Source: an uncultured Planctomycetota bacterium (GTDB lineage: Bacteria > Planctomycetota > PUPC01 > DSUN01). Taken from it: DNA of 52,344 nt. Below are positions 36,753-43,588 of the stretch, piece by piece; position 1 is the first letter of the stretch; each line of letters begins with the position of its first letter. Location of the stretch: the NCBI GenBank assembly GCA_964506385.1, contig CAZDNN010000001.1, positions 1 through 52,344 on the forward strand. The letters are read 5' to 3'. The notes beneath the pieces are model-generated. The model made no database searches, was not told the origin of the DNA, and saw only the letters and a list, made by a program, of their open reading frames with translations. The position numbers and the translations under genes are program-made.

Positions 36753-39700
36753 TCACCGCGGCTGGGAGGGTGGCTTGCGTAGCAAGTTGGTGACCCGGAT
36801 GCTGTCCCCGGGCGGGACCTCGACGGTGCGGCGGAAGCCGCCGAAGAGGGGGGCGTGCGGCGGCGAGGCGATGGTGGTGCGGGTCGGCTCGTCGGTGGGA
36901 TTGTGGATCTCCAGGAACGGCTTCTTGCCGGGTGCCTGGCCCAGATGGACAAGGGTGAGGTCGAGGCGGGGGTCGGCGGCCGCGAAGACGTTCCCGATCC
37001 ACAGCGTGGCCTTGCGCTCGATGGGCTCCTGGAGCCACGCCGCGCCGTCGGCGACGGCGATGAAGCGGAAGAAGCGGCTGCGGCTCGACCACACGGCGGC
37101 GCAGCCGTTGTCCTCGATGCCCCGAACGCGAATGGGCAGGTCGCAGATCATCTCCCGAGGGCCTACCTCGACCACCGCCTCGCCGCCGTCGGCCTCGAGG
37201 GTGAGGAAGAACTCAGCGTCCACCAGCTTCCCGTGCTTGACGGCGAGGGGATAGCCGTCGCGGCCGCCGTCGAGATTCCACGCCCGCCGCATGTCCTCCA
37301 GCAGCTCGTTCGAGACCCGCTGGTCGTTGAGCGTCGCGAGCATGAAGCGATAGGGCAGGACGTCGCCGGCCTTGACCTTCTGGCCGTCGTGGCCGATGCC
37401 GATGAAGATGCGGCCGAACTTCGCGACGCTCTTGTCCCACTCCTGCGAATCGTAGACGAAGTCGCTGTCCGACGAGGTGAGGACCGCGAAGTAGCCGACG
37501 TCTGTGGGCATGGCGGCGATGTAGCCGCCGGGCGCGATGCGGCCTGCGATGCGGTGCACCTTGTCCTGGGGCCGCAGCGCGATGGCGAGGGTCCCGCGGT
37601 CGCGGTCGGTGACGAAGAGGTGGTCGAACTGGCGGTACGGCGCGCCGCCCTTCCCGTCCATGTCCACCAGCGGGATGGGCACGCTGCTGCGCAGGGTGAC
37701 GTCCTTCTTGAAGCGGACCTCGCCCTCGTGCCAGATGATGCCGCCTCGGTAGTCCTTCGTGCCCTCGAACTCGCGGCGGTGGTTCCACTTGAGGAAGTAG
37801 TTGACGCGGCTGCGCAGGCCGTAGCAGGTGTGGGAGCGCTCGAAGACCTCGAGGGGCCCCACGTTCCGGGGGATGCTGGCGAGCGACGGGCCGGGCCGCC
37901 TGTCATTGTCCCAGCCCTCGATGAGGTGGTCCATCGCGAAGCCGTAGATCTGGAGGTCGTGGGAGCACAGGCGCACGTCGAGGATCTTGTTGACCGCGCC
38001 CTGCTCGCGGGTCGGGTAGTGGCCCTGGGGGTAGCCGTCGAGGCGGACGAAGTCGTGCCGCCAGAGCTGGGGCTGGGAGGCGACGCCGCTCGAGGTGTCG
38101 AACCCTGCGATGGACAGGCGGCCGATGTCCTCGTGGTGCTTAGCCAGCGGCATCTCCGCGCGGTCGGGGTGCCAGGTCATGGCCGACGACGACAGGGTGT
38201 TGAGGTTATCGCCGCAGCGGTACAGGCCGCTCTTGTAGCAGTAGAGGAGCAGGTAGCGGGAGACGGCGCGGCGGCCCTCGGCGTCGAGGACCTCGAGGGT
38301 GAGGTAGTGCTGCTTGTCGTGGACGGCCTCGAACTCGCGGGCGAAGTGCCGCGCGCCCTTGGCGAGGAAGCGGCGGAACAGCCCAAAGTTGGCGTCGTGG
38401 ACCCGCACCTCGCGGATCCCTGCGTCGGAGGCGACTTCGAAGCGACAGCGCACCCGCTGGATGCCGCGGGTCACCTGCACCGGCTGCTCCATCTGGGTGT
38501 TGAGGCCCACCCACTGGAGGATCTGCGGGCCTTGCGTCACGTAGGGTCTGGCAGGGCTCCAGTGGGAGGCGCAGCGGTGGTCGAGCCAGTCGCGCGCGGT
38601 CTCGACGCTGCGGACCACCGTGACGCAGGTCCGCGCCGCCTCGGCGACCTGGGCGGGCGAGCGCATGCGGGTGAACGACGCGAGGTCCATCCACCGCAGG
38701 TCGCGGAGCGCGTAGAGCCACTGGTCGAAGTTGTCGGCGACGAGCTTCGTGCCGTCGTAGGCCCAGGGGAAGACGCGGAAGAACCACCACATGTTGGCGG
38801 GATGCGCCGGCGCCTTCGCCAGCGTCCCGTAGTCGATGATGCCGTTGGGGCGGAAGCCGCAGAGCAGCTCGTACTGGCCCGTAAGATGGATGCGCTCTCC
38901 GTCCCAGAGGACGAACTTGCGGCCGCGGTAGTCGAAGTGCGAGGGTGGGTAGATGACCTTCTCGCCGAACGCGGCCCAGCGGTTGCCCAGCACGTCGGTG
39001 TACTCGACCCCCGGGCAGGCGACGAAGTCGGGTGCCTTGCTCACCTCGGCGCACGCGGCCTTGAGCTGCCCGAGCTTCGCGGCGGTCAGCAGCTCGAGCG
39101 GCTCGGTGAAGACGATGAAGCCCAGCCCCGCCTTGCGCGCGGCTGCGACGTAGTCGGCCACCGTGCCCTCGCCATCGGTGAGGGCCGTGTGGGCGCCGAC
39201 AATGCCCTTGACGCCCGCGGCCGCCTTCGGCAGCTCGATGGGGCGCCCGTCGCCGTAGGCAGCCGCCTTCTCGGGCGGCACGACCGCGCCGAGGCTGTGG
39301 CGGTCCCAGTCAATCGACTTCGGGAAGACGATGGGCTTCGGCGGCTCGTCGCGGTAGGTGCCGAGGCCGGGGACCGCCAACGACGGCTCGCCGAGCCACT
39401 TCAGCGCGTTGAGGACCAGGCGGTTGCCGTGGCTGGGCTTCCCGTTCTCGGCGTCGCCCTCGGTCTCGACGACGTGGGGCCAGAGGCGGTTGCCGAGGTT
39501 GGCGAACACGTGCATGTTCGGCGCGGCGTAGACGAAGACCCGGCCCTTGCCGAAGTCGCGGGCCGCGGCGATCGGCGGCGCGGAGGCATAGGTCCCCTGC
39601 TTGTCCCAGTCTGGCTTGTTGTCGTTCGGATGCTGGACGATGCTCCGCGCCGTCTTCTCCCCCGCGACGACGGTCGTCCAGGGGCCGTCGAGGCCGAAGG

Positions 39701-40331
39701 CGGCGACGCCGGGCCGGGTGAACAGGTTGCGCGGCAGGTAGAGCCGCTCGACCCCCTTCGTGACGGGATGCTCGGCGATGTTCGACGTGAAGAAGTACTC
39801 CCACGCCGGCAGGCTCAGCGTCGCCGGGGCCTGGAAGGTGTGCTGGGGATCCCACGTGCCCTCATGGAGGAAGCGGACGCCGACGTTGGCGAGCAGGTGG
39901 TTGTAGAAGGTCTCGTCGTCGCTGTTGGGATAGCGATGGGCCTGGAGGAGGACGAAGAGGCCGCCGCCCTCGCGGACGTAGTGCTCGAGGGCGGCGCGCG
40001 CCGCCTCGCAGTTGGCCTTCACCCGCTCGAAGCCGTAGACGCCCTCCGTGGAGGTCACGAGCACGATCGCGTTGAAGGGCTTGAGCCGCTCGTAGAACTC
40101 CGCCTCATCCAGCCTCCCGCGCAACAGGCCGCGGTTGTCCACAAGCGACCCATCCATCCCGTCAGCGACGAGGGCCTTGCGATAGCCGTAGTCGCGCCAC
40201 TCCGCCCGATACTGCTCCGCCTCCCGATGCAGGAAACCGACCTTCACCGTGCCGCCGGCCTGAACAAACGCTGCCCATACCAGGAGGACGACGAGAGGGA
40301 TGAGGCCGTGTGCGAAGCGTCGTGCTGTCAT
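36753..40331 (-). CDS. Exported 1192-aa protein of unknown function (N-terminal GATase1/ThuA-like region, degenerate PHP-like segment)
   Basis: Real start at ATG 40331 (MTARRFAHGLIPLVVLLVWAAFVQAGG), with GAGGGA 7 nt upstream. The rest of ORF 36753-42698 overlaps two clear genes out of frame. FNAIVLV...GGGLFVLLQ. GAHTALTDGEGTVADYVAAARKAGLGFIVFTE. Confidence 0.7.
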   Translation of the reverse strand: MTARRFAHGLIPLVVLLVWAAFVQAGGTVKVGFLHREAEQYRAEWRDYGYRKALVADGMDGSLVDNRGLLRGRLDEAEFYERLKPFNAIVLVTSTEGVYGFERVKANCEAARAALEHYVREGGGLFVLLQAHRYPNSDDETFYNHLLANVGVRFLHEGTWDPQHTFQAPATLSLPAWEYFFTSNIAEHPVTKGVERLYLPRNLFTRPGVAAFGLDGPWTTVVAGEKTARSIVQHPNDNKPDWDKQGTYASAPPIAAARDFGKGRVFVYAAPNMHVFANLGNRLWPHVVETEGDAENGKPSHGNRLVLNALKWLGEPSLAVPGLGTYRDEPPKPIVFPKSIDWDRHSLGAVVPPEKAAAYGDGRPIELPKAAAGVKGIVGAHTALTDGEGTVADYVAAARKAGLGFIVFTEPLELLTAAKLGQLKAACAEVSKAPDFVACPGVEYTDVLGNRWAAFGEKVIYPPSHFDYRGRKFVLWDGERIHLTGQYELLCGFRPNGIIDYGTLAKAPAHPANMWWFFRVFPWAYDGTKLVADNFDQWLYALRDLRWMDLASFTRMRSPAQVAEAARTCVTVVRSVETARDWLDHRCASHWSPARPYVTQGPQILQWVGLNTQMEQPVQVTRGIQRVRCRFEVASDAGIREVRVHDANFGLFRRFLAKGARHFAREFEAVHDKQHYLTLEVLDAEGRRAVSRYLLLYCYKSGLYRCGDNLNTLSSSAMTWHPDRAEMPLAKHHEDIGRLSIAGFDTSSGVASQPQLWRHDFVRLDGYPQGHYPTREQGAVNKILDVRLCSHDLQIYGFAMDHLIEGWDNDRRPGPSLASIPRNVGPLEVFERSHTCYGLRSRVNYFLKWNHRREFEGTKDYRGGIIWHEGEVRFKKDVTLRSSVPIPLVDMDGKGGAPYRQFDHLFVTDRDRGTLAIALRPQDKVHRIAGRIAPGGYIAAMPTDVGYFAVLTSSDSDFVYDSQEWDKSVAKFGRIFIGIGHDGQKVKAGDVLPYRFMLATLNDQRVSNELLEDMRRAWNLDGGRDGYPLAVKHGKLVDAEFFLTLEADGGEAVVEVGPREMICDLPIRVRGIEDNGCAAVWSSRSRFFRFIAVADGAAWLQEPIERKATLWIGNVFAAADPRLDLTLVHLGQAPGKKPFLEIHNPTDEPTRTTIASPPHAPLFGGFRRTVEVPPGDSIRVTNLLRKPPSQPR

Positions 40332-40390
40332 GGGATATCCCTCATGGAGGCGTGCGTCGCCTCCACGCTGCCTCCTGCCGACTTCCCTTT

Positions 40391-41644
40391 TCACAGCCGC
40401 CACGGCTCGCGGTAGGACACGTGGCGCAGGCGATTGGCCTCGTCGTCGCCCTCGAAGCGCTCGGCGACGGGGTCCCAGCGCAGCTTGCGGCCGAGCTGGT
40501 AGGCGATGTTGCCCAGGTGCGAAAGGCTGGTGACGCGGTGGCCGATGGCCACGTCGCAGGCGGGGCGCTCCCGGCTGGCGATGCAGTCGAACCAGTTGGC
40601 GAAGTGGTCGTTGCTCTCGCGGAGGTGCTTCTCGGTCGCGTGGGTTGGCGACAGGTCGGCCTCGCCCTGGATCACACCCCAGTCCCAGAACCCGCTGAGG
40701 GTCGCGCGGTCGCCGATGAACTGAAGGTTGAGGCCGCCCACCCCCGGCTGCTCCCAGGTGAGGACGAACTTCGGGTCGGCGAACTCGTAGCGCACGCTCA
40801 TCGTAACCGGCACGTCGTAGAGGTTCTCGGGGTTCTCCTGGCCCGTCGCCTCGACGGTCACAGGCCCCGTCTCGTCCACGCCCATGGCCCAGGAGACGAC
40901 GCTGAACATGTGGGCACCGTTGTCGGCGATATAGCCGCCGCCGTAGTCCATCCAGTAGCGGAAGTTGAAGAGGCAGCGGAGCGGGTGGTAGGGTGCCCAC
41001 GGGGCGGGGCCGAGCCACAGGTCCCAATCGAGGTCGGCCGGCGGGCTCGACGGCGGGGTGATCTTCGCCGTGCGGTTGGGCGCGTGGGACATGCGGACGG
41101 TGTGGACGGTGCCGAGGCGGCCGTTGCGGACCCACTCGCAGGTCTGGCGGGTGCGGGCCATCGAGCGGTATTGGGTGCCCATCTGCACCACGCGGCCGTA
41201 CTTCCGCGCCGTCTCGACCATCCGCCGGCCCTCGGTGAGGGTGCGGCAGAGCGGCTTCTCGCAGTAGACGTCCTTCCCGCTCTTGCAGGCCAGGATGGTG
41301 ATGAGCGCGTGCCAGTGGTCGGGGGTGCCGGTCATCACGGCGTCGATGTCCGTGCGGTCGATGATGCGGCGGAAATCGGTGTAGACATCGCAGTTCCCGA
41401 CGGCCTTCTGTGCGCGGGCGGCGTGGGGCCCGTAGACGTCGCAGACGGCGGCGATGGAGCACCGCGGGTGGTTGCGCATCGACAGCAGCGCCATCCCGCG
41501 TCCGCCCGTGCCGATGGCGCCGCACACCACGCGGTCGCTCGCCGCCGACTTCGCCCCCGCGCCCAGCGCCGCGCTCGTCAGGAAGTACGGGGCGGACAGT
41601 GCCGCCGCTTGCGTCAGGAAGCCACGTCGCGTCGTCTGCCGCAT
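40391..41644 (-). CDS. Tat-signal Gfo/Idh/MocA-family oxidoreductase
   Basis: MRQTTRRGFLTQAAALSAPYF. VVCGAIGTGGRG. CEKPLCRT. Confidence 0.8.
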   Translation of the reverse strand: MRQTTRRGFLTQAAALSAPYFLTSAALGAGAKSAASDRVVCGAIGTGGRGMALLSMRNHPRCSIAAVCDVYGPHAARAQKAVGNCDVYTDFRRIIDRTDIDAVMTGTPDHWHALITILACKSGKDVYCEKPLCRTLTEGRRMVETARKYGRVVQMGTQYRSMARTRQTCEWVRNGRLGTVHTVRMSHAPNRTAKITPPSSPPADLDWDLWLGPAPWAPYHPLRCLFNFRYWMDYGGGYIADNGAHMFSVVSWAMGVDETGPVTVEATGQENPENLYDVPVTMSVRYEFADPKFVLTWEQPGVGGLNLQFIGDRATLSGFWDWGVIQGEADLSPTHATEKHLRESNDHFANWFDCIASRERPACDVAIGHRVTSLSHLGNIAYQLGRKLRWDPVAERFEGDDEANRLRHVSYREPWRL

Positions 41645-41656
41645 CGGTCGTTCTCC

Positions 41657-42736
41657 TCAGCCGGTCGGCTCGAAGGTCGATTCCACCTCGACGGTCCCGC
41701 CCGTCTCCGCAGCCTCGAAGGCGGCGAGGGAGACGTCGAGCACGTGGTAGGCCGCCTCGCCGGGACAGGTGAGCGGCGTCCCGTCGCGAAGGGCAGAGGC
41801 CATGTCGAGCAGGCCGCGAGCCCACTCGACGCCGGGGAACGGCTCGGCGATGTAGGGGAGGTCCGTCCACTCCCGCTCCCCGGGCTTGCACATCTGGAGC
41901 TTCGCATTGAACGACGGCACCTGGTCCATGCGGATCGAGCCCTCGGTGCCGTGGACCTCGATGCCGGCCTGCGCGCTCTTGACGGCGAAGAAGCTCGCCG
42001 TCAGCCGGCCGTGCGCGCCGCTGGCGAACTCCAGGAGTGCGACGGTGTGGTCGGGGTTCGTCGCCGTGAAGGCCTGGCCGGCTCTGGGGCCCGAGCCGAT
42101 GGTGCGCTCGGGCAGTCGGACGCCGCCCATGGCGCGGACGGCCCGCACCGAGCCGAGGATCTGGATGAGCACGCTCAGCGGGTAGCAGCCCACGTCGAGC
42201 AGCGGGCCGGCCCCCTCGCCGTAGAAGGGAGCGGGCGCGGGATGCCAGTACTCGATGCGGCTCCAGTTCATCTCCGCATAGACCTCGCGCACCTCGCCGA
42301 TCGTCCCATCGGCAATGGCTTTCTTGAGCGTCTGCTGCGCCTCGCCGAGGATCACGAAGGGCGAGCAGCCCAGCAGCAGGCCCTTCTCGGCCGCCAGACT
42401 CAGGCAGGCTTGGCCGTCCTCGCGCGTCGCGGCGAGCGGCTTCTCGCTGTGGACGTGTTTCCCGCCGGCCAGCAGCGTCTGCGTCACCCCGGCGTGGGCG
42501 AGGTGGACGGTGAGATTGAGCCCCACCTCCACCGCCTCGTCGTCGAGCAACTCGTCGAGGCTGCCGTACTGCGTGCAGCCGTAATTCGCGGCGAAGGCCG
42601 CCGCCGCCTCCTGATTGATGTCGAAGGCCCCGACGATCCGAAGCCTCTCGGAGTGCTTCTGCATCGTGTCCGCGTACGGCCCCGAAATGTTGCCGCATCC
42701 CACGAAACCCACGCCGACCACGTTGCTCTGACTCAC
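41657..42736 (-). CDS. Gfo/Idh/MocA-family oxidoreductase (cytoplasmic)
   Basis: VGVGFVGCGNISGPY. SEKPLAAT. Confidence 0.8.
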   Translation of the reverse strand: MSQSNVVGVGFVGCGNISGPYADTMQKHSERLRIVGAFDINQEAAAAFAANYGCTQYGSLDELLDDEAVEVGLNLTVHLAHAGVTQTLLAGGKHVHSEKPLAATREDGQACLSLAAEKGLLLGCSPFVILGEAQQTLKKAIADGTIGEVREVYAEMNWSRIEYWHPAPAPFYGEGAGPLLDVGCYPLSVLIQILGSVRAVRAMGGVRLPERTIGSGPRAGQAFTATNPDHTVALLEFASGAHGRLTASFFAVKSAQAGIEVHGTEGSIRMDQVPSFNAKLQMCKPGEREWTDLPYIAEPFPGVEWARGLLDMASALRDGTPLTCPGEAAYHVLDVSLAAFEAAETGGTVEVESTFEPTG

Positions 42737-42752
42737 GCCTGCTCCCCTAACC

Positions 42753-42847
42753 AGTTCCTATTGCGGAAAGTCCCCTCGTCGGAAGACCGCCTTCAGGCGG
42801 CTCTTTCCCCCGGGTGCGGAGACTTGGACTCCGCGCAACAGGAACTA
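42753..42847 (+). repeat. MITE/REP-like element, copy B, with terminal inverted repeats
   Basis: AGTTCCTATTGCGGAAAGTCC ... GGACTCCGCGCAACAGGAACT. Shares both end boxes with copy A. The interior has nested hairpins (CCGCC-TTCA-GGCGG; GCGGAG-N7-CTCCGC). Confidence 0.6.
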
Positions 42848-42952
42848 ACCACAACTCAGCGCCGGATGCGCGCGCCATCACCGTTTGGCTGTGAGCTTAG
42901 CGCACTGACGCCTGGGGGTCAACCAGGGGGCGGGTGGGGAGCCAGTTCCGTC

Positions 42953-42972
42953 TCGGAGTTCAAGAACTCCGA
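42953..42972. repeat. Palindrome family copy 1 (TCGGAGTTCAAGAACTCCGA)
   Basis: 9-bp arms around a central AA that does not self-pair (GGAGTTC core is 7 bp). Confidence 0.8.
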
Positions 42973-43102
42973 GGCGAAGTTGGACAACTCATGCTCACGC
43001 ACACGCGGCCTGCGTGTACGCGCAGACCAGCGGCGACATGCGAGAGGCGGAGAACGAGGACGGTACGCCCGGCTGCTGAGAGGGGTAGTGCGTTGGGGTG
43101 CT

Positions 43103-43122
43103 CCGGAGTTCTAGAGCTCCGG
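43103..43122. repeat. Palindrome family copy 2 (CCGGAGTTCTAGAGCTCCGG)
   Basis: 9 of 10 arm positions are complementary. Confidence 0.8.
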
Positions 43123-43199
43123 AAGCACACGGGACACCAAGGACGCGGGGGGCATGTCTGCGATCAGGGCTGTTTGGCCCTTGGGGGCGGGGCGCCATT

Positions 43200-43219
43200 G
43201 CGGAGTTCTAGAACTCCGC
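43200..43219. repeat. Palindrome family copy 3 (GCGGAGTTCTAGAACTCCGC), perfect 20-bp palindrome
   Basis: Self-complementarity verified by hand. Confidence 0.9.
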
Positions 43220-43269
43220 GATGCGCGAACGGCACACACCCTCCAGGCACCGCGCCTGCGGTCCGATGC

Positions 43270-43500
43270 CTATTTCTCCATCAGCCGCAGGCGGTCGCCC
43301 TCGAAGGTGTTGCGGCTGGCGAGGGTGTCGGTGGGCTGGTACCAGAAATGCTGCGAGCGGTTGTAGAGCTGGCAGGCCTCGCCGTAGCCCAGGACCTCGA
43401 TGAGCTTGGGCAGCAGGTGTTGGATCATGACGTCGTCGGGCAGCTCGACCCCGGTCTCGTGGTGCTGCGTGTCCATCATCACGACCGGGATCTGTCCCAT
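43270..43500 (-). CDS. 76-aa beta-grasp / ubiquitin-like microprotein (YukD/EsaB-like sequence pattern), no C-terminal GG
   Basis: ATG 43500 lies 6 nt after AGGAGG. MGQIPVVMMDTQHHETGVELPDDVMIQHLLPKLIEVLGY...DTLASRNTFEGDRLRLMEK fits the pattern v.LP.dv.v..Llp.l...lg ... tL...gi.dGd.L.L. Assignment by pattern only. Confidence 0.55.
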   Translation of the reverse strand: MGQIPVVMMDTQHHETGVELPDDVMIQHLLPKLIEVLGYGEACQLYNRSQHFWYQPTDTLASRNTFEGDRLRLMEK

Positions 43501-43559
43501 GGCCTCGCCTCCTGGTCGATGCCGATCCGGGGACCCGTTCACCTCCTCTGGCCGGCCCG

Positions 43560-43588
43560 ATTTTACTGAGGTGCTCGGCGACAGTCAA
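43560..43588 (-). promoter_or_regulatory. Near-consensus sigma70-like promoter for the ubiquitin-like gene
   Basis: The - strand reads TTGACT, 17-nt spacer, TAAAAT. The -35 overlaps the HEAT-gene stop codon. Confidence 0.45.

Noticed and set aside
40332-42698. Upstream 789 codons of the 1981-aa ORF 36753-42698 (-)
   Set aside because: This part overlaps, out of frame, two genes with clear Gfo/Idh/MocA signatures (40391-41644 and 41657-42736). Its translation is Arg/Pro/Gly-rich junk. A signal-peptide start with an SD exists at 40331.
36855-43114. + strand ORFs 36855-40415 (1186 aa) and 40310-43114 (934 aa)
   Set aside because: They are antisense to three well-supported - strand genes and run across the repeat-filled intergenic region. 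No domain signatures were found.
42953-43219. Possible CRISPR array or other regularly spaced repeat locus
   Set aside because: There are only three copies. The spacing is irregular (150 and 97 bp). The repeats are self-complementary 20-mers rather than 28-37-nt direct repeats. No cas genes are in the window.
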